Shown here one piece after another: positions 10,875 through 21,799 of a DNA stretch of 64,000 nucleotides. The first letter of the stretch is position 1; each line of letters opens with the position of its first letter. Source of the stretch: Basidiobolus meristosporus CBS 931.73 (Eukaryota; Fungi; Basidiobolomycota); contig MCFE01000211.1 of the NCBI GenBank assembly GCA_002104905.1, positions 62,001 to 126,000 on the forward strand, given 5' to 3'. The translations under genes were made by a program, and so were the position numbers. Under the pieces are notes generated by a model, which was given only the letters and a program-made list of their open reading frames with translations, was not told where the DNA came from and did not search any database.

Positions 10875-13800
10875 TGTTGTAAGAGTCTTGGAGATATTGG
10901 AAGTGATTGGGAGGACAAGTAGATTATGTGGTTTTCACTTAATGATTTATTGAATGTAAAAGTAGTATTTATACTTTTACCTGGTCTTGCCATTACAAAC
11001 ATGTAGAATAGGTTAAGGAAGGTCCCAAGAACATGTGTGCAAGGTTTGGGGCTGTTTGGACAACTTTGAGAACTTTCATGTTCTGGGTACCAGGTATTTT
11101 GGTGAAAATACTCTAAGTAAATCCCAACAAGGAATTTGGTCAGTATTCTCTAGGATTTGAATGTGATGATCTAAGTGACTAAGTTACGTGAATATTTAGG
11201 TGGAATTACAAATTTTTACAACACTCCCACTCAACTAAATGTTCATACTGACTAGTCCTGATTTTGACCTAAGATATTCAAATTTGTCTCTAGCTAATGG
11301 TTTGGTAAATATGTCTGCAATCATTTCATCTGTAGGACAGTAAACTAAGCTAACTAAGTTATTCTCTATAGCTTCACATATGAAATGATGTCTAATATCT
11401 ATGTGCTTGGTTCTAGCATGAAAAGTTGGATTTCTACCTAATTTTATACATCCTTGATTATCTTGAAATAAAGTAATAGGCATTTTTTGGCATAGGCCTA
11501 AATCTGTAAAAAGTTTTCTTAGCCACATTGCTTCTTTTGTAGCTTCACAGGCTGCCATATACTCTGCCTCTGAGGTGGAAAGTGCTACAGTTGGTTGCTT
11601 TCTTGAATTCCGTGAAACTGCTCCTTTACAGTAAAGAAAGGTGTATCCTGTGGTGGATCTTCTGTCTTCTAAATTTTGTCCCCAATCAGCATCAGAGTAT
11701 CCCACAAGATCCTGTTCTGAATCCTTATAAGTGTATCTTAAGCAGATATTAGCAGTTCCTTTTAGGTATCTAAAAATCTGCTTAACTGCTGCAATATGAT
11801 CAGATCCATCAAGTTCTGATTATGTTGGCTGACAACTCCCACTGAATATGAGATATCTGGACATGTTCAAGCATGATATACATCAGACTGCTGGCCATAG
11901 ATTGATATGGAAAGGTCAGGGCTTTCAGATGGCACCAAGCTCTCTTGATTTGGTTGTGTTTTGACCAAGTTAAGGTTTGTCTCCATTGGTGTAGCTGCCG
12001 GTTTACAGTCTTCCATTTGGTACTTCTTTAATATATCTTGAATATACTTGGATTGGCTTAGGCAGATAGTCTGGGTACTTCTGTCTATGGAGAACTTAAT
12101 CCCTAAGTAGTACCTGAGTTCTCCTAAATTGGACATCTTGAACTCCTTAGATAGGCTGGATCTAGTCTCTTCCAATGTTTCTAGGTTATTGGTGGCTATA
12201 ATAATATCATCCACATATATAGCTAATAGAACTGGATTTGCTCTATCTGGCTTATAGTATATACTATAGTCAGCATTACTCCTTTTGAAACTCAAAGATT
12301 CCAAATAAGAATCTATCTTGCAATTCCAGGCTCTTGGTGATTGTTTGAGACCATATAGTGACTTTTTAAGCTTGCAGACCAAATGGGGGTTATCTTGGTC
12401 AACAAACCCATCATGCTGGTCTATATACATGTCCTCATCAAGTTCTCCATTCAAATATGCAGTTTTTACATCCATTTGATGAATAAAAACTTATATTTGG
12501 CTGCGATAGCCAATATTAATCTGATGGAATTAAACTTGGCTACCAGTGCAAAGGTCTCAGTATAGTCAAGTCCTTTTGTTTGAGAGTATCCTTTGGCTAC
12601 AAGTCTTGCTTTGTATCTTTCAATTGTACCATCAGCCTTGTATTTTGTCTTGAAGACCCATCTGCATCCAATTGATTTTTGGTTGACCGGTAATTTGAGT
12701 AAGTCCCATGTTTGATTTTCCATCAGGGCCTGATATTCCTCAGTCATTGCAGATCTCCAAAACTTTGTCTGAGGGCCATTTAGGGCCTCTTTTACAGTCT
12801 GGGGTTCATCAATATGGACTGAATAGGCATAGGCTAAGTTTGTACCCTCAGTGATATAGTAATTTGGGCTATTTCTTGTCCAATTGGATCTCCAGGCATT
12901 TGATACTGGAATGATCACTTCTGGGATATTCCTGGGCACTGATTCTTGCTGAACCATGGTTGTAGAGTTCTCTGGAGTGAAAAAGCTCTCATTGTTTTAC
13001 TCTGATTCAATCCTGACAATTGGCGGACTTGAGATCAAATTTTTGTCCTCATCTGATATCATTTTTTGTGAAAATTTTGAGTTTTCATCAAACAACACAT
13101 CCCTGGACTTGATCAGCTTCTTTGCTTTGGTATTGTAGAGTCTGTATGCCTTACTCTCATTGCAGTAGCCCAAAAATAAGCATTTTACACTTTTTGGCTC
13201 AAATTTTGACTGATTTCTGGCCAGTTTTTTGGCGTATGCTGTACACCCAAATATTCTTAGATGTTCTGCACTTGGTCTGTATCCATACCATGCTTCAAAT
13301 GGAGTAGAATCACAAAGTATTCTGTTATAACTCCTATTTTTAAGGTATACAGCAGTGGCAACTGATTCCGCCCAAAATCATAGGATAATTTTTGATCATA
13401 GATAATTGATCTTGCCATATCAATTATTGATCTGTTAGCTTGTTCTGCTACTTCATTTTGCTGTGGGGAGTGTGGTAAAATAGTCTCTTGCTTTATCCCA
13501 TGAATTTTGCAGAAGTGGATGAAGAGTTTTGAGGTATATTCTCCACCATTGTCAGAGTGTATTTACTTGATTTTTTCACCAGTTTCTCTCTCCACCATTG
13601 CTTTAAGCTCCCTGAGCTTAGACAGAGCTTCTTCCTTTCTCTCCATGAAGTAGACCCATGTGTATCTTGTATAATCATCAATAAAAGTGATTAAATACTT
13701 CATCCTGCCTAAGGATAAATTTTGCATAAGTCCACACAGATCTGAGTGAATTAGATCTAATTTTTTCTTAGTTTTGATTAACCCAGAGCTCTTGAACGGT

Positions 13801-15560
13801 TGTCTGGCTTGTTTCCCATATATGCAGGCTTCATAGTGCTTCAAATTAGCTGGGGGATCAATTTTTACTCCAGAAATTAGCTGATCTTTGATCATTTTGC
13901 TCAAATAATCAAAATTGATGTGCCCTAATCTCCTGTGCCAAAGCATTGATGTTTCCTCATTTAAGTTACTTATATTGGCTTCCAAATATGATGGAATATA
14001 AGTCAATCTGTATAGATTCTGATCTCTGATACCCAAAGCAATATGGGCACCATTTTGATCAGTGATCTTGCATCCAGAATTGTCAAAGCTGAAACTGAGT
14101 CCTTCTGCTGTGGCCTTGCTTACAGATAGTAGGTTCTTGGCTATTCCTGGTACATAGAGTACTTCTTTAAAGGTCAGTGTATGGCTTCCTTCACTGCTTC
14201 TTAGGTTTACTTTGATAGTTCCTTCTCCCACTGCATCAAGTGTTCTGTTGTCACCAATGAAAACCTGCTTAATTGGAATTTCTTGATATTGGGTAAGAAG
14301 TTCTTTTTGGTGTGTAAAGTGTTGAGAAGCTCCAGAGTCAATATACAACGTCTGAGAATCCTTGTTTGTGGTCATATTTAGTGCAGATATGAATAGTCTA
14401 TCTTCAGTTGTTGCAGCATTTCCATATTCAGGCTTCTTTGGCTGATTATCTTTCTTTTTGAGGCACTAGTCTGATGTGTGTCCTTTCCTTTTGCAGTAGT
14501 TGCAAAACAGGTTGCTGTTGCCTTTGTAGGGTCTTTGGTACCTCCTTTGTTGGCTATCATTGCTTATTAATGCATTTTCTTCTTCCTTCTTATTTGTGCT
14601 TGATTTTCTTAATTCTTCATCCAGGAGCCTTCCATATGCGTAATTTAAGGTCAAATCTTCAGTCCTGGACTCTTGGGCTGATACAAGGCCCTGAAACTTG
14701 TCTGTCAGGCTATTCAGGATGGTAATCATCACATCCTCTTCAGTAGTTGGTACACCCACAGATTCCATCTCATCTACCAGCAGGGTAATTCTGTTAATTA
14801 GATTTTTCATTTCTTCTCCTGGCAGCATCTTTGTAGTAGAGAACTTTTGTCTCAGATACATTTTCTTGGCAGCTGAACATCACTGGTAGGTGTCTTCTAA
14901 TGCCTTCCAGGCATTCTTTGCCATTTTTGCTCTTGAGCATTGAATAAGCAAATTGTCTTTAACATTAAGGCAAATGCAGTTAAAGGCACTTTGTTCTTTC
15001 TTCTGGTACTTGAAGGCTTCCTCTCCCATGCTTTTAGGAGGGCACTCTTCTCCCATGACAGTATCCCAAAGGCCTCTTTCTTGTAGCAGCATCTTCATCT
15101 TCACCTTCCACACTTAGTAGTTAGATCCATCCAACTTTTCAGCAGAGGGAAAAATTCCAGTAATAGCAGTAGTAGACATTGCAGAGAGTGACAGCTTGGG
15201 GCTCATAACCTGTTGTAAGAGTCTTGGAGATATTGGAAGTGATTGGGAGAACAAGTAGATTATGTGGTTTTCACTTAATGATTTATTGAATGTAAAAGTA
15301 GTATTTATACTTTTACCTGGTCTTGGCATTACAAACATGTAGAATAGATTAAGTGAAGGTCCCAAAAACATGTATGCAAGGTTTGGGGCTGTTTGGACAA
15401 CTTTGAGAATTTTCATGTTCTGGGTACCAGGTATTTTGGTGAAAATATTCCAAGTAAATCCCAACAAGGAATTTGGTCAGTATTTTCTAGGATTTGAAGG
15501 TGATGATCAAAGTGACTAAGTTAGGTGAATATTTAGGTGGAAATACAAATTTTAACAACA
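10875..15560 (-). mobile_element. Full-length Ty1/copia LTR retrotransposon, family 1 copy A (degenerate)
   Basis: ~350-bp LTRs at 10875-11223 and 15211-15560 with TGTTGTAA...ACAACA ends; 5-bp TSD GAATC on both sides; PBS GGTTATGAGCCC; PPT GTTGAGTGGGAG; gag-PR-IN-RT-RH domain order. Confidence 0.95.
11235..15179 (-). pseudogene. Copia gag-pol (gag/zinc knuckle, protease, GAG-pre-integrase, integrase, RT, RNase H) broken by stops and frameshifts
   Basis: [90 protein letters not shown]. Confidence 0.9.
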
Positions 15561-16548
15561 GAATCACCCCTCTTTATTTGCTTACCCACTACTACCTTGG
15601 GTATTCCACATATAGTTTGAATCAAAAAAAATTATGGCCTCCTGCTTGCTAACCTCTACAAATGCACACGCCTGCTACAATTAACATACTTCTATCATCC
15701 CAAATTTATAGCTTTTTAGTGTGATACTTGCAAAGTTGCCATATACCTTGTACTGATGGTAACATATACATCTTGCAAACATATGCTTAGTTGCCATCAC
15801 TTCTGCCATGAATACCTCCTCAATATCTGCAAAGAACTTTTGGATATTCGGCCAATATATTCCTTCTCCCTGCTGGATTCCAGTCCCCCTTATAGGTGTG
15901 CTCTGACTCTTGTTTGTGTAAATTCTGTATTGAACAGTGTAGAAGTTGGCTTGTGACCATGAGAAATCCTGCATATCTTAGTAGAGTTTTCCCAATAAAA
16001 ACAGTTGCTAGTTGCACCCAACCCAACTTTGTATTACTTAACTGATTATCCACACATTGAGGCTGCTGAGCTTCTTAATGCCATAGGCATAGGTGTCTCC
16101 ATGTGCACATCTGTCCTCAGTATTTTCCAACTCTTCCTGGCTGTCCTCCATGTGTCAACTCATCACATCCATCATGGACTTGAAAGAAATATTCTTAATG
16201 AGATTGGGATATGGCAGTACCTGCAACTTGACTTGTCCTCCTAGTCTCCCCACACATCTGCTCCACAGGAAACTCCCAAAAGGTGAAGTAAGGCCCATTA
16301 TTCTCCACACACCAAGCTGGATGGAGTAGAGAATGGATACAGTAGCAGCAGAGATCTACATGTTCAGCTTTATGTTTGTAGTATAGCCACTGAAATCCTG
16401 TTACAAACTCCTTGCACAACAGCTGTAGATGTGTCAAATTGGCATTGGTAATCTGCTTCTGGATAAATATTGCTACAATGCCCCCATAAGACTTCCAATG
16501 CTTCCAATGTACTCTTGGTAGGAATGGCCTCAGAACACCACTTGAATA

Positions 16549-16899
16549 TGCTGTAAGAGTCTTGGAGATATTGGAAGTGATTGGGAGAACAAGTAGATTA
16601 TGTGGTTTTCACTTAATGATTTATTGAATGTAAAAGTAGTATTTATAATTTTACCTGGTCTTGGCATTACAAACATGTAGAATAGGTTAAGTGATGGTCC
16701 CAAGAACATGTGTGCAAGGTTTGGGGCTGTTTGGACAACTTTGAGAATTTTCATTTTCTGGGTACCTGGTATTTTGGTGAAAATATTCTAAGTAAATCCC
16801 AACAAGGAATTTGGTCAGTATTCTCTTGGATTTGAAGGTGATGATCTAAGTGACTAAGTTAGGTGAATATTTAGGTGGAAATACAAATTCTTTACAACA
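16549..16899 (-). mobile_element. Solo LTR of copia family 1
   Basis: Single LTR copy flanked by TSD GAATA on both sides; the CACTA host continues across it (compare the uninterrupted host near 27490-27520). Confidence 0.92.
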
Positions 16900-17613
16900 G
16901 AATAAATACCTATCCAGTTCATCCTGTCTTTGCATTTGTTTTGTTGCATATGTGTATAAATATTGATTGGAGTTCATGAGAAGTACATAGGGTAAGCGGA
17001 TACTCTGTAATATCTTTCCAATTCTGTCAAATTTCTCCAGTATCTTGAGGGGCTTGTTTAGCTTGAAATGCCCATGTACAACTTGGTCATCATTATAGGG
17101 ATATTGTTGAAAAGCAAATGCATTGCTCCCAGTGGAAAGCTTTTGTTCAAACAGATACACTCTATCTTAAGTATCTCCAGTTTCTAATTGATTCCATATT
17201 CCAGCCAATGGCTTGCAGCTTGCCAACTTTGCTGCAATTTCATGCTGACTTCTGCATGTTCTCTCTGTGGGAAGATGATGTTCTTAGTGTTGGAGTTTAG
17301 GTAATAATAAAGTGTGTGAGTTATGGAATAATTCCCCTAGACCTCACACAATTAACAGCAGTACCATCCATTGTGCCCAGAAAAGCTGGCTATCTTGCTG
17401 ATAGCTGGGGTATCTCCAATGCAGATAATAATAGACTTGTTCCGTTGGATAGTGCCACATAGTGCCAGCCGGTTTATAGTGCCGGATCGATCTGGCACTC
17501 TATCACTATCTGGCACTATAATTTCTACCATGATGCCAGTGGTATGATACAGTTACTGGTAATTTTACTCAATCTTACTTATGTTGCTCAGAATAGTGCT
17601 TTCCTTGCTTTAT

Positions 17614-18498
17614 TTACTCTTCATAATGCTCCAGACACATTTCTCTCAGTGGATGTCTTCTTGTATGAACATACTGTGCATTAATAAGTATCTTAACTAT
17701 TTTACCTATTCTGCTGTTTTCACCTATATATGACTTTCCTCTGTATTTACCTGCCAATATGCTGAATCTCTTCAGATATCCAAATGTGTGCTCTACCCTT
17801 ACTCTGAAATGATTAAATATCTCATTGTAGAGCTTCTGCTTCCTGCTAAGCACACCATTCCTTGGCTTCCTATAAGCTGTAATACATCCTAATCTCTGAC
17901 AATCCTCTCCTATATAGGCCAAGTCTGCCATACATTTCTCCCCTCTACTGAATTCAGGATGATTCTCTACCCAGAGTGCTTTGTCATGCCTACTTCCAGC
18001 AAATGGCCCACTAAACCAGATGATGTTACCCTCAATGTCAGACAGTGCTTGAAGCTTCACACAGTGTGCCTTGTACTTGCCAGAATAAAAGTGCCTCTGC
18101 CCTCTAGAAGGTCTGTTAATCCTCACTGGGAAGGTATCCAAAATACTCCTGATATGGAACCTGTTGCTGAACACTCTGGGATATGGAAGTCTATTGGAGC
18201 TTCTGAACCTAGTATTCCAAGCTTGCTCTAAGTCATTCATACCCTCTGCAAGGTGGTTCTCCATTGCTGTCAGCTGGGAATGAAAGCTTCTAGGACTTTT
18301 GTTGCCATGGATGGTGGGATGAAACCTTGTAGGGCAATAGTTCTTGTAATAGCAGAGAAGCTTAACAAGGGATCTCCTTGAGTAGATTGGGGTTGATGGT
18401 CCACAATACTTGGAATAGATCTCCTCCAGTGTGTCAAAAGAAAATCCAGTGGTAGTGATGGGATTGATGAGAAAAGACCATTCAGATGAGTAAGTCAT
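17614..18498 (-). CDS. DDE transposase (DDE_Tnp_4-like; IS5/ISL2/PIF-Harbinger type), 294 aa, apparently intact
   Basis: ILDTFP, YSGKYKAHCVKLQALSDIEG, PFAGSRHD, MADLAYIG, YNEIFNHFRVRVEHTFGYLKRFSIL. All three catalytic D-D-E positions present. Confidence 0.9.
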   Translation of the reverse strand: MTYSSEWSFLINPITTTGFSFDTLEEIYSKYCGPSTPIYSRRSLVKLLCYYKNYCPTRFHPTIHGNKSPRSFHSQLTAMENHLAEGMNDLEQAWNTRFRSSNRLPYPRVFSNRFHIRSILDTFPVRINRPSRGQRHFYSGKYKAHCVKLQALSDIEGNIIWFSGPFAGSRHDKALWVENHPEFSRGEKCMADLAYIGEDCQRLGCITAYRKPRNGVLSRKQKLYNEIFNHFRVRVEHTFGYLKRFSILAGKYRGKSYIGENSRIGKIVKILINAQYVHTRRHPLREMCLEHYEE

Positions 18499-18857
18499 AT
18501 TAAAATTGATGGATGATTGTATGGAGGCGGTTTGAATTGATTCGGCGCAATCTGCGTTATTTATCTGATTTTTAACACATTATGGTTAAATCTCCATCAA
18601 TTGCCATGTATCCCATCATTATGTCGCAAAAATCATCCGCAAACAATGCCTTGGTACTTTTATTGATGCTTTAATCATAGGTCTATAATCAAATAGGAAA
18701 TCTGCGATTGATGTGATCTGATCCATGTCAACGTGATCCGAGATGCATCATGCATAATATATGGAAAATTCAACAATCACTTTAGTTTTCATATATATTT
18801 CATATAAGTCCAGGTTGATGCCAATATACTGCTGTATAAGTATCCAAATCCGTTGCT

Positions 18858-19748
18858 ATGGTCCCCATACCAAGCCTCAACTCATCTTTAGTACAACCCA
18901 GACAAAACCCATCCCCCAGCTCACAAGCATGGTCCGGACCGGAAAAGTCAATGTCGGATCCGTTCGAGTTCTTGCCAAATGATTTTAGTATGGCCCAAGT
19001 GTCTATGATGAGCCTTCATACAGATATTTGGGCACTACTGATTAATCTAGCAGAACTAGATACCTCAGAGAGTCAACAAAGATGGAAGAATTTGAGTAGA
19101 AAGCTGTGGCATGAGTTCTACATCAAGATGCCAGCCAATGTATGTAAAAAGATATATAACAAGACAAGTATTGAAATCAAGAATGAGCTGAGAGTGAGGG
19201 GATTTGACAAGGAAGCCGTGCGGGAACGATTCCGTGCGCAATTTGCACAGTACGGGCCGGACGCGTCCGTTTGTGCCTCAACTTTGGGAACCAAAGAGAT
19301 TTTGAATGAGTTTTTGCCTCAAATGACCAATGTACTACGTGATATATTAGTAGAGCTAAGTGACTTCCAAGAGCAATATACACAGGACTCATCCAGGCAA
19401 CAGCTCCAAAGTATCAGACAGAGGGTAAGTGAATACCTTGAGGAATCAGATGGTGAGCTTCAGGAGGAAGAATACAGACCGCGAGCAACATCGTCCAGAT
19501 CGCGCCAGCACGCCTTGCTGGATTCCCTACCATCTCTTGCAACCACAGCACGCCGGCACACGTCAGTCCAGACTACGCCAACACCCTTTACCAGAATGTC
19601 CCGCGTCAAGTCAATGCGCATTGAGTCAACGCGTGTCGGGTCAACGCGCGCGCTTCAGAGCAAAACTACCAGAACTCGCCAAACTGCTCATTTAGACACA
19701 AGTCCATTGGAGCGGACCGAGTCGCGTCAACATGCGGCATCACATTGA
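18858..19748 (+). CDS. Transposon ORF2 with a Myb/SANT-like N-terminal domain and a Ser/Thr/Arg-rich tail; frame continues to 20120 past two stops
   Basis: RWKNLSRKLWHEFYIKMPANVCKKIYNK fits the W..ia..l......t...ck..w pattern of Harbinger Myb/SANT-like proteins (by eye). Divergent from the transposase and inside the TIRs. Confidence 0.7.
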   Translation: MVPIPSLNSSLVQPRQNPSPSSQAWSGPEKSMSDPFEFLPNDFSMAQVSMMSLHTDIWALLINLAELDTSESQQRWKNLSRKLWHEFYIKMPANVCKKIYNKTSIEIKNELRVRGFDKEAVRERFRAQFAQYGPDASVCASTLGTKEILNEFLPQMTNVLRDILVELSDFQEQYTQDSSRQQLQSIRQRVSEYLEESDGELQEEEYRPRATSSRSRQHALLDSLPSLATTARRHTSVQTTPTPFTRMSRVKSMRIESTRVGSTRALQSKTTRTRQTAHLDTSPLERTESRQHAASH

Positions 19749-21799
19749 ACTCAGCCAAGGGCCATCTCAACGCGTCAAGGCGCACCTGCGCGTGCCGTTT
19801 TGCCTGACCATCAGCGAGTTACTTCTGGTGAACTGACTGATGATGACCAACATGAAGTGACTCAACCACCGGAGCCCTTGGCAAGTAAAAGAACGCGTCA
19901 GCGCGTGGCACTACAGGCCGGTTCAGTTGGTTCAGTTGGAGCAATTCAGCGCGGCCAAGCTGCAGCATCGCACTCATCAACTAGGAGGCAAATTACTGAC
20001 TATTAATACACAAGTAGCCAAGATGATAGTCAGCCAGGAAGTAGTATAGGTGTGCAAAGTGAGTCACTACCAAATGCTTCAGTAGTAATCCCTGTGAGAA
20101 AAAAACCCAGGAGAAGATGATGCGATTGCTTTGAATTGCTCACATTTGTAATGATCCCGACAACCCTTTTTTTTTGCGATCCAAATCGAGCCATCTCAAA
20201 TCAGTGATCATCAAATTTTTGATATAAGTAATATCAAGGTCGTCTCACATTTGAGACAGAACCCCTATAAATAAACACCCTGCATATATATACGTCATCT
20301 GTAATACCAGTGCAGCTATTGGATCTGTTTTGCACCTACACAATTGCTTGCATGCTAGCTATGACACCTTGCCCAATCACTAGGATCAGGGATTTACTTG
20401 CTCAATGGGCTAAATGGGATATTTGATGGCGAATCAGGTAGCTTTTTCAGTAGTCAATGAGCCAATTGGGGGCTGCCAGCTTCAGGATACTTTTGGACCA
20501 ATTAACCACTGAGATACCGTCCAATTGGAGTGAGGGTAACCAAAATGGTAAGTATCAGTGTAGTTTATAGTGTGATACACATTTATTTCCATTTACATTA
20601 AAGAAACATATCCAAATACCGGATTTTACCTGCCATTATAGCGGTATCCGATTGCGCACGTGATGCAAGCATTACAAGTTGGCGCGATCATCCGCGCCAA
20701 CCTCATCGTGTCAGATTGTGCCATAGTGTGTGAGATTGTCCCGCATAGTGCGAAATTGTCCAAGAACAATCATGCCTTCTGGTAGCTATAATATCGCGCC
20801 CAATCGTTCTTTGCAACCGCGGATCGCGCCACGCGCCCTGGCACAGTACGATGGAACAAGTCTAATATGCACTTTGCATGACACCCATATACTGTTATCC
20901 TGCTGGAAAGCATACAAACTCACTCAGCAATGGATGCAGGTAGCTATCCAGGTTGGATGGCAATTTAGGTCCTGATACCAGTGAGACTACAATCATATTT
21001 CTGCACTGATACCATATGATAGGTGGGAGATCCAGGTTAATGAGAATCAGTGGCCAGCAGGATTTGCTGGTAGAGTACTTCTTCAATGAGAATACATCAA
21101 GTGCTAAGGCAATGGTGTGGTCATAAATACCTTCAAAGTAGCCCTTGCTTCTTATCTGTTTATGTTACTTGCCATTGAATATATTGGATATATTTGCGCT
21201 TGTTTGATACTGAGTGGGGTACTTTATAGCTTTGCAATAGTTGCCAGACTGCCTGAGCTTCTGTAGACAGGGTATTACTGGAATATATCCGGAGTGTGAA
21301 CAATGTTTTCCCTCAACAATGGTGGATTCCTGACAATTTGGACACATTGCAATGGTGGCATTTTTGGATGTGAATGCCATGCCACTGTCAACACATGCTG
21401 AAATTAGGACAGTCTCTGGGTTGTATATTGCCAGCTGCATGCCGGTTGTCCACTTGCACCATGTACATGGCAAGTTGCATCCCTGAATGAATTTGGCAAG
21501 AAGTAGCGGTAAATCCTCAAGTCTGCATTACCAAAATTAGTGGAAACATGCCACTTCTCTAGCCACAACATTACATCAGTCACCAGTAGATGGATTACTG
21601 GCCTCACTTGGCTCCATAAAGTATCCTTGGCACTTGTTTCAACAGGTGTTGTCTCATTGTGTATTGGGATTTGACTGGTTTCATGTATGGTACTGTTGTT
21701 GGGGGAGATAGGCTCACAATCCATGAGTGAGCCTTCTTTGTCAGAGCTATCACTCTGTATGCCATATTCAAAAGGCTGTGGTGAGCCTAAAGGCATCAC

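Larger units (their letters stand above)
17433..20863. mobile_element. Complete PIF/Harbinger-superfamily (PHIS, Pangu-like) DNA transposon with two head-to-head ORFs
   Basis: TIR AGACTTGTTCC...GGAACAAGTCT, flanked by AAT on both sides; subterminal TAGTGCC/GGCACT repeats; DDE transposase on the minus strand and a Myb-like ORF on the plus strand. Confidence 0.88.

Noticed and set aside
17614-18498. Bacterial IS (ISL2/IS702-like) contamination or recent horizontal transfer
   Set aside because: The element sits with a clean TSD inside fungal repeats, has decayed sister copies and MITEs, and carries a eukaryote-type second ORF. Nothing here supports a bacterial origin beyond family-level similarity.
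17431-20866. Tc1/mariner-like interpretation (GAC...GTC termini with TA duplication)
   Set aside because: TA fits the flanks superficially, but the transposase is DDE_Tnp_4/IS5-like, and the empty-site length at the 61203 MITE supports a 3-bp duplication.
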